Shown: positions 15,973 through 26,368 of the stretch, piece after piece
Layout of the letters: the number at the start of each line of letters is the position of its first letter
How positions within the stretch are numbered: position 1 is the stretch's first letter
Origin: a virus
Taxonomy: Duplodnaviria; Caudoviricetes
Virus record (IMG/VR): IMGVR_UViG_3300022858_000918
Coordinates: 1 to 40,376 of that record
Strand: one strand, 5' to 3'
Length of the DNA: 40,376 nt
Position numbers and translations under genes: made by a program
The notes under the pieces: generated by a model
The model's database searches: none
What the model was told of the DNA's origin: nothing
The model's input: only the letters and a program-made list of their open reading frames with translations

Positions 15973-18900
15973 CTACTTGTTTGTACCATATATCTTTTCA
16001 ATTTCCATGTAACGCTGTCTTAACTTAACGGGTATGGATTTAATACCATGCCTCTTATAAAGGTTAGACATTATAGACTGGAAATTTATACTTATTTGTC
16101 TTTCAGGTGGAGCAGTTTCATTATATTTACGTACCATTGCATGTAACTCACTCTGCTTTTTCTCATCACCATTAGCCATAGCTTCTGCTAGTTTCTGATG
16201 AACAAATGCACTCTTTTCCTTAGTTCCTTGTAGTAAAGTTGTTTTAGCTTCTTTAGCTAAGTATGCTTTGGAAATATCTATTGAGGTAAAACCTATGCCC
16301 TGCAGAGCCACATCTAACTTAGACGGAGTAGTTATAAGTTCTCCTGAAACCTTACGCACACCCTCTTGGGCATACCGAGTTGCTTTAAGTACATTTCGTA
16401 GGGCATCTGGTGATGCATTCTCCATAGCTCTACCATATTCTCCACGTTTAAGATGCCATAATGCCTTACTCATTTGAAGTGTCCATCCTACACCTGCACC
16501 CCCAACTTTCTGTGCAGTACTACCCATTGTAGGTACCGCATCTCCTACACCAATCAAGTTACTTGCATCAATTCCAAGAGTAGAATAAGCTCCATGCATG
16601 GATACATCAATAACTTTATTAGGAACACCAGCTTCAAGCATAGCTTCTCTTGCATCTGTATCCATTGTACGTCCTGTCATCTTTTTATAAGCATAACTTA
16701 TAAGAGCAGCAAATGGCAAACCTTTCATACCTGCCTGAGCTAGAAGTGTACCTACTGTCCTAAGAGATTGACGTGCTGGAGCACCTCTCCAAGGCATTTG
16801 ACCGTTCATCATTTGTAAGTAATTAACTATATAACTTTTAAAGGTATACATAGTCCTAAGCATATTCCTCATATTGCCTGCACCTGTGATTACTAATGGT
16901 AGGTTCTGTTTACCATAAGCAAATTGAGTTTTGTATACAAATTCCTTCATGAACTCTATTACCTGTTGTTTATCTGTAAGTCCAAGTTTCTCAGTAGCAG
17001 TTCTATAACCGCAGATAGCAGCGTGAGTTCTATTAACACCCTCACCTAACCTACCAAAGAGTCCTATCCATTTATCAAATTCCTGTTTACTTAAATTCCT
17101 AGCACCAAGCTGAAACCGAGTAAGTTGGTCACCAAGTACTCCTTGTCTATGAAGTTTATTTAACTTAGATATAAGGTCAGTAGACAATCCATGAGCTCCT
17201 TTACCTATTCTATGACCTAAATATCTCGTTGCCATACCATATGATGTACCAAAAACCCTCTCTACATCTGTACCTGTAAAGTATTTTGCAAGTGTAGGAT
17301 AAGTAGTAGCTATAGGTTGAGTGAGGTTCTGTGCTAACCACGAAAGTTTAAACGCAAGTTTATATGCATATATTGTACGATTGAATGCTCTAAAACCTAT
17401 TGAACCTGAGTTGTAAAACCCATTAATGAAGTCCCTACTATAAGCTCTTATCTCAGGTGTCATCCCTTTAACATTATCTTTAAATGCAGTCTCAGCTGCT
17501 CGTCTACCAGTTATACGAGACAATTTATTCGATGATCCTTCAAGATAGTTAATTGCACTTTCTAATACATTATCAAAGTCCCATTTATATCCTGGGATAT
17601 TCTCCCTTTTAATCCAATGTGACCCAAAGGTTCTTTTCCTTAAGGTATTTCTCATTTCATTAACAACAGAACTGGAGGTATCTACATCACTAGCTTCGAT
17701 TAGACTCTCAAGATCTGCCATAGTTAAGTTCTTATAAACCTCAGTTCCAAGTTTACTCCTCATATAAACAGTAGCTCCCTCACCGAGTTCCTTCTGTACC
17801 TTAAGTGCTTCTGACTTCTTATCATAAAGGTTAAAGAATTTAGCTTTACCTTCAGCAACTACTTCCCCAGCTTCAATTTCTGGAGGACTATAAACTGCCC
17901 ATTTACCTTGTCCACGAGACTGAGAAACATACCCACCTCTACGAGCTAATTGCTCCTTGATGTTTTCCTTTAATATAGATTGTTGGTCAGGAGTAGCTTC
18001 CTCAAGATCTGCAGTAAGGGCTCTAGACTTAACCTCTATATTTAACCCATAATCATAGGTTCTTTTAAATGCATTATAACCCGCTATCTCCTTGGGATTA
18101 AAACCAAACTTAACCGCAAGTTCCTCAGGATGAAAATACCTTCCAACTTCAGAACTATTACCTAACTTAAGCACATCTACTATTTTATTCTTAGATACCT
18201 GAGGCAACGACCTCAATTTATTAGGGTCAAGAATACGAGCTCCCTCAAAGAAAAGTTCTGCTTTATAGTCAACTGCATTCTGTACACCCATATATACTGG
18301 TTTAAACTTAGGATACTTCTGTCCTATCATAAATGGTGTACCATACTTCTTTACATGATGACTGATTTGTTGAGCCATGTATTCTGCACCACCAGCTACA
18401 TCAGTTGCAGTGACCTTAGTCTCATCCATAAGTTTCCTAATAGCATCTTCAAATGGTTCAAGATTAAGCTGTGCTTTACGACCTCGCATGCCAAAGGTCT
18501 TGTTTATCTTATATATGTCTGTACCCATACTATCCTTGGGTACTTTACCACTCTGCAGATCAGAAACTATACTGTTAATGGTATCTCCATTCATCATAGT
18601 TTCTCTAGCACCAGTAGGGGTTTGATATTCTATATTGTACCATGTTCCAAAGTCATAGGTCTGCTCTGGTGCCTCAACTTTAAACTCGGGTAATGGTTGA
18701 CTCTTAATTGATTTAGCTTTAGCTACAGACTCTGGTGAATGCATTTGGGGTTTATCTAATACCTCACTAGCTAGAGCTGGAAAATCATCTAGAGTTTCAG
18801 GGGGTATAGGTTTAGGTGGTATAGCATTCTTCTTATTTAGGAAATCTAAATGTGCCTGTTTAATTTTTGCAATGCTCTGGGCTTCAGTAAATACTTTCTC

Positions 18901-20094
18901 AAATCCACGTTTCTCTTTAATAGGAGGAATTTCCTTACCTGCTTTAGTATATGTTGTTCCCTTTGGAGGTTTCGTAAGTTCAAATTTTGAACTTGCGGGA
19001 GCCTTTGTTTGAGCATCTACTAACCCTTGTGCAGCTACAACAGGGTCACTAGGAGTCCCACCAACAAGAATACGTTTAGCAATATTAGGTGCTATAGCTT
19101 CCATAGCTTCCTTGCCTGCTTGTGCAGGATGAAGTGGAACTGCTTCCTTAGCTAATATCTGTCCCTCTATAAGTTTACCAAAGGAAGATCTTGCACCTGT
19201 TTCTTTTATACGCTTGAATACTTCAGGGGTAAAACCTTGAGAAGTAGCCTTGGTCTTAAGCCCAGAGGCTTGTGCTTTAACCCATTCTCCAAGTTTCCCT
19301 TTATTATCTGTAAATAATTTTGTAGTCTTAGCAATATTTCCTGGAGTCTTCTGCATCATTTTAGCTTTATTCCAGGCTTTCCAAGTAAGTACATTTGCAC
19401 CATCACTAGCTGCTTTCTTAGACATACCAGCAGCTTCAAGTTCAGATCTAACCACAGACTTAAACCCTTCAATGGCTTTTCCCTGAGCGTTAGTATACAT
19501 ACCAAGTGCCTTACCAGTAACATTTCCAACTACCTTAGGTGCAACATTAAATATTAAATGCATAGAACCCAGGTCTAAAGCCCAACCAGCGAGTCCGTTA
19601 ACCCACATTTGACCTTCAACATCATTTTGGTCTACACCCATACGAGTAGCAAATTCAGATTTTGCTGCAGAGTCAACAAATGAAGGTTGTTCCCTAGGAT
19701 TCTTAAAACCCTCCAAGAATGCATTCCCTGCACCAATAGCTCTCAATCCTCCAAAAGGACGTTCTATTTGTTCCACTGCCCATACAATAGGAGCTCCAGG
19801 GGATTGCTCAACTACACTCTGTGGGAACATGGAATTAATTTCTTTAGATGCCCATTCAGCAGCTTCCCTAGCTTTTTGTTTCCTCTTTATATCACTAACT
19901 GTAGTATATTTTCCTTCAGCAAAGGCTACTCTATCCTTACCAAAGATATCTTCCCTAATCATTGGGTCTTGTTCTGGAGTATATCTAGGATTAGTTTTAA
20001 TATTAGAGCTATACCAATCTTCTTTAATGCCAAATTGTTCATCAGCATTAGCACTCTTATATCTACTATCCTTAGTTATCTCAGACCATTTCAT
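15973..20094 (-). CDS. Large internal virion/ejection protein (1373 aa)
   Basis: Size, helical Ala/Lys-rich composition, last of three such genes after the nozzle gene. Confidence 0.7.
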   Translation of the reverse strand: MKWSEITKDSRYKSANADEQFGIKEDWYSSNIKTNPRYTPEQDPMIREDIFGKDRVAFAEGKYTTVSDIKRKQKAREAAEWASKEINSMFPQSVVEQSPGAPIVWAVEQIERPFGGLRAIGAGNAFLEGFKNPREQPSFVDSAAKSEFATRMGVDQNDVEGQMWVNGLAGWALDLGSMHLIFNVAPKVVGNVTGKALGMYTNAQGKAIEGFKSVVRSELEAAGMSKKAASDGANVLTWKAWNKAKMMQKTPGNIAKTTKLFTDNKGKLGEWVKAQASGLKTKATSQGFTPEVFKRIKETGARSSFGKLIEGQILAKEAVPLHPAQAGKEAMEAIAPNIAKRILVGGTPSDPVVAAQGLVDAQTKAPASSKFELTKPPKGTTYTKAGKEIPPIKEKRGFEKVFTEAQSIAKIKQAHLDFLNKKNAIPPKPIPPETLDDFPALASEVLDKPQMHSPESVAKAKSIKSQPLPEFKVEAPEQTYDFGTWYNIEYQTPTGARETMMNGDTINSIVSDLQSGKVPKDSMGTDIYKINKTFGMRGRKAQLNLEPFEDAIRKLMDETKVTATDVAGGAEYMAQQISHHVKKYGTPFMIGQKYPKFKPVYMGVQNAVDYKAELFFEGARILDPNKLRSLPQVSKNKIVDVLKLGNSSEVGRYFHPEELAVKFGFNPKEIAGYNAFKRTYDYGLNIEVKSRALTADLEEATPDQQSILKENIKEQLARRGGYVSQSRGQGKWAVYSPPEIEAGEVVAEGKAKFFNLYDKKSEALKVQKELGEGATVYMRSKLGTEVYKNLTMADLESLIEASDVDTSSSVVNEMRNTLRKRTFGSHWIKRENIPGYKWDFDNVLESAINYLEGSSNKLSRITGRRAAETAFKDNVKGMTPEIRAYSRDFINGFYNSGSIGFRAFNRTIYAYKLAFKLSWLAQNLTQPIATTYPTLAKYFTGTDVERVFGTSYGMATRYLGHRIGKGAHGLSTDLISKLNKLHRQGVLGDQLTRFQLGARNLSKQEFDKWIGLFGRLGEGVNRTHAAICGYRTATEKLGLTDKQQVIEFMKEFVYKTQFAYGKQNLPLVITGAGNMRNMLRTMYTFKSYIVNYLQMMNGQMPWRGAPARQSLRTVGTLLAQAGMKGLPFAALISYAYKKMTGRTMDTDAREAMLEAGVPNKVIDVSMHGAYSTLGIDASNLIGVGDAVPTMGSTAQKVGGAGVGWTLQMSKALWHLKRGEYGRAMENASPDALRNVLKATRYAQEGVRKVSGELITTPSKLDVALQGIGFTSIDISKAYLAKEAKTTLLQGTKEKSAFVHQKLAEAMANGDEKKQSELHAMVRKYNETAPPERQISINFQSIMSNLYKRHGIKSIPVKLRQRYMEIEKIYGTNK
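18973..18997. promoter_or_regulatory. 25-bp palindrome copy 3 (CGTAAGTTCAA-ATT-TTGAACTTGCG), intragenic
   Basis: Read directly; inside a Pro/Lys-rich linker of the large protein. Confidence 0.65.
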
Positions 20095-20867
20095 TCATTC
20101 CACCATTTTCCATTTGAAGTTTCTTGTGAAGTTTGAGTTGCTTGTGGAGCACCAGCACCTCTAAGTATACCACTTGCATTTGAAGGATTAAGTCTACTTG
20201 AAGGTCTCATTTCACCAAGTCCACCAGTAAAATTATTATCACTTTTTCCTCTAGCCTCAAGGGCATCCATTTGTTTATGTATATCAGCTAATTGCTTTTC
20301 AGATTCTTCAAGAGATATCATACCAGACATCTTCGAAATTATAATACTCCTTTCCCTAGTAACAAGGTCAGTGCTAGATAAAGGTTGTCCCGCTCTAGCT
20401 TTTTGAGTAACATTTTCAATAGATTCTTTAAATGCAAGTTGTTCTTCTCTAGTCTTAGGAATCCACTTCATATCTGTTAGGATGATTCGCTGAGTTTTCT
20501 CGTCATAAGCTTCAGGTAAATAAGTTTTAATTAAATCCTTAGCCAAATCTTTAAATGGAGGAGTATCCAATAAAAGATCCTCTTCTGCTTTACTCTTATC
20601 CGAAAGTCTTATAGATAGTCTTTCAACAGTCTCCAATGCCATCTTTCTTTGTCTATCCTCTTCTTCCCTTTCAGCTTTCATTAACTGAGACTTAAGTAAC
20701 TGTGTTCTAGTACCAGCCTCTTGTGTTTGAGTATCTGCTTGTTGCTGCAGTATCTTAGTTCGTTTACTATTCTCACCAGTTTGTATACCACTGGCTATTG
20801 ATTCACTTAGACCTGATAAGTCACTAGGTCTAGGTGGTCCAAATTGTCCTAAATGTTTAACTGACAT
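20091..20867 (-). CDS. Putative internal virion/ejection protein
   Basis: Coiled-coil composition; GGAGG SD; position. Confidence 0.6.
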   Translation of the reverse strand: MSVKHLGQFGPPRPSDLSGLSESIASGIQTGENSKRTKILQQQADTQTQEAGTRTQLLKSQLMKAEREEEDRQRKMALETVERLSIRLSDKSKAEEDLLLDTPPFKDLAKDLIKTYLPEAYDEKTQRIILTDMKWIPKTREEQLAFKESIENVTQKARAGQPLSSTDLVTRERSIIISKMSGMISLEESEKQLADIHKQMDALEARGKSDNNFTGGLGEMRPSSRLNPSNASGILRGAGAPQATQTSQETSNGKWWNE

Positions 20868-20877
20868 AATTAACCTC

Positions 20878-21636
20878 CTATCTATACCTTAAATAATCAG
20901 ACTGAAAAGTTGACTCTGATACACTACCAATATTCATAAAGTCTTGTCCAAGATCCGCACCTGCATAACTTGCTGCACTAGCTGGTATACTTGCCCCACC
21001 TGTTACGAAAGCTGCAGCTAAATGAGCACCTGCTTTTAATAAATCTTTCCATCCACCTTCTTTTCCTGGATCAAGTGCAGTAAGTATTGTTGTTCCAGTA
21101 CTTGTATTTTCATTTAAATATGTAAGTGCTTGTCCAAGAGCTGGATTATTCTGTGGAAGTGTTGCCATCCAAGCAGTATATTCTCTTGCAAAGTCAACAT
21201 CCATCATAGTTTTATATTGACTTGCCATTGCAAATTGCTGAGCAGGTATTTCCCTCTCTGCTTTATATCTACCTTGAGCAAGCATTTCAGTGAACTCATT
21301 TATCCCAGCTTCCTCTGCACTATATCTCCCACTACCTCTTAAGTTTCCTGCATATCCTTCCCTTATTTCTGGTAACAGGTCTTCTTTAAACTCTTTCATA
21401 GCAGGTTCTGCTACTGCTTTATCAAACCAATCGCCTGCATCTAACTTAAGGAAGTCAGAGTATGATCTTGTTTCCTCAGGACTAAACTTATAAGAAAGGT
21501 CGCCTCCGTATTGAGGAAGTCCTTTACCTACTTCACTTGCTAGATATGAAGACATAGGTGTTGATACCGCTTTCTTCTGCGGATCTACTACTTCCTTAGT
21601 CATTATACTTGCTTTCTCTCCACTAAACCATCCCAT
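20878..21636 (-). CDS. Putative internal virion/ejection (pilot-like) protein
   Basis: MGWFSG start, Gly/Ala hydrophobic C-terminal segment; position. Confidence 0.6.
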   Translation of the reverse strand: MGWFSGEKASIMTKEVVDPQKKAVSTPMSSYLASEVGKGLPQYGGDLSYKFSPEETRSYSDFLKLDAGDWFDKAVAEPAMKEFKEDLLPEIREGYAGNLRGSGRYSAEEAGINEFTEMLAQGRYKAEREIPAQQFAMASQYKTMMDVDFAREYTAWMATLPQNNPALGQALTYLNENTSTGTTILTALDPGKEGGWKDLLKAGAHLAAAFVTGGASIPASAASYAGADLGQDFMNIGSVSESTFQSDYLRYR

Positions 21637-21647
21637 AATTTACCTCC

Positions 21648-21974
21648 TTATCCTTTTGGACTAAAAAATACTACTCCTTTACCTAGTCCACCAGTAACTC
21701 CAATTGTAATTCCATGTTTAGCAAGTACTGGAGTGAACTGGTCATTGTATGCATTCCCACCTGGACTTACCCTTACAACATCTAATAGATTTCCTGATGT
21801 TGCACTTGCACTGTCAAATACTAATATAGTAAGTTGAGTCGCAGACGCAACTATTCTTATTCCATGATATGAAGCACCAGTAGTGCATATAGCTAAAAGC
21901 CCTGCTGCTGTAATAGCAACACTAGCTACTCCATAATCTACATCAAAATGTCCAATTCTTCCATTATTTTTCAT
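21648..21974 (-). CDS. Small beta-rich virion protein
   Basis: Gly/Ala/Ser/Thr-rich; resembles 30557..30826. Confidence 0.6.
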   Translation of the reverse strand: MKNNGRIGHFDVDYGVASVAITAAGLLAICTTGASYHGIRIVASATQLTILVFDSASATSGNLLDVVRVSPGGNAYNDQFTPVLAKHGITIGVTGGLGKGVVFFSPKG

Positions 21975-22636
21975 TATGTCACCTCTGGTACTGATTTTAC
22001 ATTAGCTCCATCATATATTCTTATACCACATGCAGATGCATCACTAGTTGCTATTAAAGGAATGCCATATGTAGTACCTCCTTTTTTTATTCTTAGTGCG
22101 TGTCCATCTAATGCTTGCGTACCTATCTTTAATGTACTTGCTCCAGCTCTTACCCTAAGTCCTATATCACTATAGTTTAGTGGTCCCCATGCTCGGAGTT
22201 CATAATCTCTAAGTAAAATAAATGCACCGTGTGCTCCAGGAAAACCGCCTGACCAATATACTTTTATCTTTGTTACATTAGACCACGTTCCAGTTTGGCT
22301 ATGCGTAGTTTTTACCCAGACTGAAGGTAAAGAAGGTCCTTCATAAACTAAATTCCATTGGGAATTGTAATATAAATATACATCATAATCAAGCATTCCT
22401 CCACCTGCTGTAGCTGCCTCAGAAACAATTTCTACTTTATTTATAGTATTGACACTTTCAGTAAAAGCTATCTCATGTTCAAATGTTATACCTCCTGGAG
22501 ATCCAATAGACCCTTCTCCAACTTCTCTATATGTAGTTGTATTATTATCATTTATACTAGAAACATTTCCAGAACCAGTCCCAGCAATTAAATTCTCACT
22601 CTCCGTCCCAGTCAAACTCCAATTAAGGTCTGCCAT
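21974..22636 (-). CDS. Tail-associated protein with galactose-binding/discoidin-like domain
   Basis: INDNNTTTY, INKVEI, WSNVTKIKV, YELRAWG. Confidence 0.55.
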   Translation of the reverse strand: MADLNWSLTGTESENLIAGTGSGNVSSINDNNTTTYREVGEGSIGSPGGITFEHEIAFTESVNTINKVEIVSEAATAGGGMLDYDVYLYYNSQWNLVYEGPSLPSVWVKTTHSQTGTWSNVTKIKVYWSGGFPGAHGAFILLRDYELRAWGPLNYSDIGLRVRAGASTLKIGTQALDGHALRIKKGGTTYGIPLIATSDASACGIRIYDGANVKSVPEVT

Positions 22637-22638
22637 GA

Positions 22639-22815
22639 TTACTCCCCAATTATAGTATCATCATCAATTACATATATATTCTCTTTATAAGTTCTATATA
22701 CAGTCACCCTTTGATTACCATCTAATAAATATATCTTACTTGGTTTTAGTGTTTCTATAGTAGTTGCACAACCATAAAGAAAAAGTAGAATAGTAGTAAT
22801 TAAAAGTATACGCAT
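22639..22815 (-). CDS. 58-aa predicted lipoprotein (not in ORF track)
   Basis: MRILLITTILLFLYG|CATTIE..., lipobox LYGC; AAGGAG SD. Confidence 0.7.
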   Translation of the reverse strand: MRILLITTILLFLYGCATTIETLKPSKIYLLDGNQRVTVYRTYKENIYVIDDDTIIGE

Positions 22816-22833
22816 ATAAATCTCCTTAATTTA

Positions 22834-22932
22834 TTAACAACCAACCTTAAGTCCACACACAGGACATATAGCTTTACATTGTGATTCTACTGTATACTCG
22901 TATCCACAATTAACACAAATTACATTTATCAT
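22834..22932 (-). CDS. 32-aa zinc-ribbon microprotein
   Basis: MINVICVNCGYEYTVESQCKAICPVCGLKVGC; ATGA overlap, AGGAG SD. Confidence 0.65.
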   Translation of the reverse strand: MINVICVNCGYEYTVESQCKAICPVCGLKVGC

Positions 22933-23114
22933 ACATCACTCCTAAACCACATCTGCCCAGTCACTGGACTTCCTGGATCAGCTGTAGTAGTTATCATTAT
23001 ACCAAATCTCATAAAGGTACCTGTAGTCACTTGTATCTGACCACCTGCACTATCCACAATATAGAGGTTACCATCACTCCCCCTAATAATAAGTTCTTCA
23101 TTTCCACTAGGCAT
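22929..23114 (-). CDS. Small tail-fibre-like protein
   Basis: C-terminal DPGSPVTGQMWF motif typical of fibre repeats. Confidence 0.55.
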   Translation of the reverse strand: MPSGNEELIIRGSDGNLYIVDSAGGQIQVTTGTFMRFGIMITTTADPGSPVTGQMWFRSDV

Positions 23115-25126
23115 TATCTTCCACTCCTTACTTCATGTCTAAACCCATAGTATCTTAGATAGAACCCACTACTTGCAGTAGTATTCATAAACCTAAATCT
23201 TATCTTCTTAACTACACAATCAAAATCCTGTTGATAATTTTTATAGGTACTTTCAAGAGATGAGGTATTCACCCCTGCACCTTCAGTTGGATTCCAACTA
23301 CTACCTCCATCATCAGACCAGTGAGTAGTAACGCTTTGTCCCCTAGCCTCAAATATAAGCTGAGATACTCTCATGGACTTATCCATATAATCGTCGGTAT
23401 CTGGCATTACAAAATCAGGTGTTTGGAACTCATTAGTTACTGCAGTTCCATCATTATTCAAGGTCATCTTATCTAATTTAAAAACATGACCACTAGCATT
23501 ACCTAATAATGTAATAGGTGCATAGGCTTTAGTAAGCATTGAACCAATTCTCCAATTCTGCTCACCAATAGTACCTACGAGATCTCCAATAGTATTTGAA
23601 GTTTGTTCCTGGTAGTATCCAAACCCAGTCATTGTTTTAGTTTTCCTATACCAGTTCTCCTTAACCATATTTAAGCACCATACATCATCAGGATATTCAG
23701 ATATAGTTGGCATCCAAACTTGAAGTTCATCATCTTCTTCTACATATAGTAAGAATACTCTGCCTGCATTTTCTCTATCTAAAACAGGATACATTGTATC
23801 TTTAACACTGTCATCCATTGCATCAGTATTCTTTTCTCCTTTATATGCATAAACTAAATCAGGTCCCATTACTACATGTTCTCCACCAACATTAGTCACT
23901 GACTCTTTACTTAATGCTCCTGAACCACTTACCATAGTATAGAATCTAAATGGGGTATGTCCTCCTACCCACATCATAATAACAATAGAACGTTCCTTAT
24001 ATATAACTACTTCATTCTCACTCAGTCCTTCAACAGCTACTATCCAGGATTCATCATCATATAGATCTTGATATCCTGCAGTACCCACTGTCCAATCCTC
24101 AATAGCTCCTATATTTGTCCAACTTACTCGTTGAGGGGCGTCTGCTGCATTCTCCGTATTACACATAAGGAATAAATGATCCTTAAAACTAAAAGTAAGT
24201 TCTGCGGTGCTTATTGTACCAGTAGCTAAAGTTGTGGTTAAATCTGCTACTGTAAGATCTCCACCTGCTTCTGTTATTTTCTTAGTTTGGTCAACACCAT
24301 TGGTGAAAACAAATGTATCGTTCATTGTACAGGTACTAAATCTATTATCCTCATCTCCAGTAAGCATAACTACAGCTCTAAGGTCATCAAGGTATACATC
24401 TATAGCTCCAGTATCTGTAGCAACTATTAGTGATGTAGACAGAGTTGCATTTCTAGTAGTAGTAGCTCCAGCAAATTTAACACATACTGCAGTCCATTTA
24501 TCTGCCTCAAGTGCAGGGATACTTACATCTTCATAAACCCCAGCACCTCCAGTAATTGCACCATTATCTTCCTCACTTATCCTTATATCTAACTCAGTAG
24601 CAACTGTTGCCTTTGATACCCTTATCCAAAAATGTAAAGCAGTATAGCCACTTAAGTCCTTTGAGGCAAAGTTTTCATATCCAGCTATACCAGTGGTAAA
24701 ATCTGTAGCTACAACTAACTTAGCTGAATGAGTCCCTCTTATATGATATGTAGTATCCGCTGTTACAGTTACATTAGCAGAAGCTACCCAAGCATCTTCA
24801 CAATCTTCAACAGTAACTCCTGGGGTTATACATTCCCACCTAGTCCCTGAGGTACTATATTGATAAATATTTGAGGTCGTGAGTGCAAGTAACCAAGATA
24901 AACCTTCTAGGGTATAGAACTGATCCATTCTCATAACTGAGTCTGCTAATCTATTAGAGGTAGTCTTACCCATAAGAGGAAATTGGGTATACCCAAAATC
25001 AGAATAGACCTCAGAGTTCTTCATACATACACCCTTGCAATAAGGTGTGGATTCCCTAGGTGAACCAGTTGGAGATATATTAGTTACTATCCCCTTTGTA
25101 GGTCCGAAAACATGTTTATATGCCAT
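23114..25126 (-). CDS. Tail nozzle/head-closure protein (P22 gp10 / T7 gp12-like) with inserted domain
   Basis: Beta-propeller-like repeats (FTNGVD, RVSWT, IYKERSI), WSDDGG.SW, KIRFRF C-terminus. Confidence 0.72.
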   Translation of the reverse strand: MAYKHVFGPTKGIVTNISPTGSPRESTPYCKGVCMKNSEVYSDFGYTQFPLMGKTTSNRLADSVMRMDQFYTLEGLSWLLALTTSNIYQYSTSGTRWECITPGVTVEDCEDAWVASANVTVTADTTYHIRGTHSAKLVVATDFTTGIAGYENFASKDLSGYTALHFWIRVSKATVATELDIRISEEDNGAITGGAGVYEDVSIPALEADKWTAVCVKFAGATTTRNATLSTSLIVATDTGAIDVYLDDLRAVVMLTGDEDNRFSTCTMNDTFVFTNGVDQTKKITEAGGDLTVADLTTTLATGTISTAELTFSFKDHLFLMCNTENAADAPQRVSWTNIGAIEDWTVGTAGYQDLYDDESWIVAVEGLSENEVVIYKERSIVIMMWVGGHTPFRFYTMVSGSGALSKESVTNVGGEHVVMGPDLVYAYKGEKNTDAMDDSVKDTMYPVLDRENAGRVFLLYVEEDDELQVWMPTISEYPDDVWCLNMVKENWYRKTKTMTGFGYYQEQTSNTIGDLVGTIGEQNWRIGSMLTKAYAPITLLGNASGHVFKLDKMTLNNDGTAVTNEFQTPDFVMPDTDDYMDKSMRVSQLIFEARGQSVTTHWSDDGGSSWNPTEGAGVNTSSLESTYKNYQQDFDCVVKKIRFRFMNTTASSGFYLRYYGFRHEVRSGR

Positions 25127-25141
25127 AATTTATATCCTCTT

Positions 25142-25166
25142 TGTATTTTCAAAATTTGAACTTATA
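25142..25166. promoter_or_regulatory. 25-bp palindrome copy 4 (TGTATTTTCAA-AAT-TTGAACTTATA)
   Basis: Read directly; overlaps TAA of the upstream gene, precedes GAGG SD of the nozzle gene. Confidence 0.6.
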
Positions 25167-25698
25167 CAACTCCTGAAAAACTCCTAACTACTGTGTAAAA
25201 AGCTTGTACCTCATATCCATACGTATAAGCATCTTGTGCTCGAGTACCTTCATAACTATAGCCATAAGCATAGGCATAAACTTTAATTCCAGTTACATCT
25301 TTCCATCCAGTAGTAAGTTCCTGTGAATCAGTTGTTTCAGTAGTACCAGTACCAGCGTCACTGTCTGTAACATGACTTATTCTAACCCATAGACCTGATT
25401 GACGTACATAGATATCAAACTCTAGATTCCTCTGTCCATAGTTACCATAAGCAATAGCTTTACCATAGAGTTTAGATTTAACCCTAACAATATCTATAGG
25501 TGCAGTCCAAGTATGTTCCCCAGTAAAAGTAGCAACAGCACTTCCATCTGAGTTATGGTCAGTAAAAATACCATAGTAGGTACTGTAGTCCTCATCATAG
25601 CTTTCTCCACCAGAACCATAAGTAGTATTACCTGCACTTCCAGTACGAGTTTCTGTATGACTTACTGTAGCTTTTAATAATTGATTACGCTGAGCCAT
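25162..25698 (-). CDS. Tail-associated protein with galactose-binding/discoidin-like domain
   Basis: YDEDYSTY, WKDVTGIKV, YEVQAFY; resembles 21974..22636. Confidence 0.55.
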   Translation of the reverse strand: MAQRNQLLKATVSHTETRTGSAGNTTYGSGGESYDEDYSTYYGIFTDHNSDGSAVATFTGEHTWTAPIDIVRVKSKLYGKAIAYGNYGQRNLEFDIYVRQSGLWVRISHVTDSDAGTGTTETTDSQELTTGWKDVTGIKVYAYAYGYSYEGTRAQDAYTYGYEVQAFYTVVRSFSGVV

Positions 25699-26354
25699 TA
25701 ACCTACCTCCACCATTACGGTTAAGTTACCACCTGGAAGACCTCCACCTATTTTATCTATGTCTATTTTAAAGTTTCCACCTGCAGCTACATTGGTAGTT
25801 ACAAATGCAGTTACCTCAGTTGATGTAGAACCTGGTGCTATTATTATTTGAGATGCTGTAGCTGTCCATATACTTGAACCATTATATAAAATATCTACCT
25901 GAACACCATCTCCACTACTACAAACAGTAGCTATGTTAGCTTTAGCAGAATAGATTTTACCATCACTTATAAGGTCTAATATAGCACTGATGTTAGTTCC
26001 TGTGGATAGGGCTCCATCTACAAACCAGAAATACATTTTCTTACTTAGGTTAACCTCTTGTGTAGCTGCATTTACAAAGAAAAAATGATCCCTTCCTGCA
26101 CCATCTGTTTTCTGATAAACTGCACCTGTTTGTGTTCCTGCAAGGGTTGGGTGAGTCGATTGCATCTGCAGAGTCATATATTTATGCTTACCCGCTTCAG
26201 AGGTAGCACTTTGACTATCGGGGAACTCATGTTCCTGAGCCATTCTACCCCTAACACCTTTTCTTATATCCCTATTATAATCATCAATCTGTGTTGCACT
26301 TGTTGCGTTTGTTGGTGTAGTTTCGTCCCAAGTATCTCCATCTCCTACTGCCAT
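25698..26354 (-). CDS. Tail fibre-associated protein
   Basis: WDETTP..IDDY.R N-terminus; C-terminal beta sandwich (VDI..NG.SI, IDID.IG...PG.NL.V). Confidence 0.65.
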   Translation of the reverse strand: MAVGDGDTWDETTPTNATSATQIDDYNRDIRKGVRGRMAQEHEFPDSQSATSEAGKHKYMTLQMQSTHPTLAGTQTGAVYQKTDGAGRDHFFFVNAATQEVNLSKKMYFWFVDGALSTGTNISAILDLISDGKIYSAKANIATVCSSGDGVQVDILYNGSSIWTATASQIIIAPGSTSTEVTAFVTTNVAAGGNFKIDIDKIGGGLPGGNLTVMVEVG

Positions 26355-26368
26355 AATTTACCTCCTGT

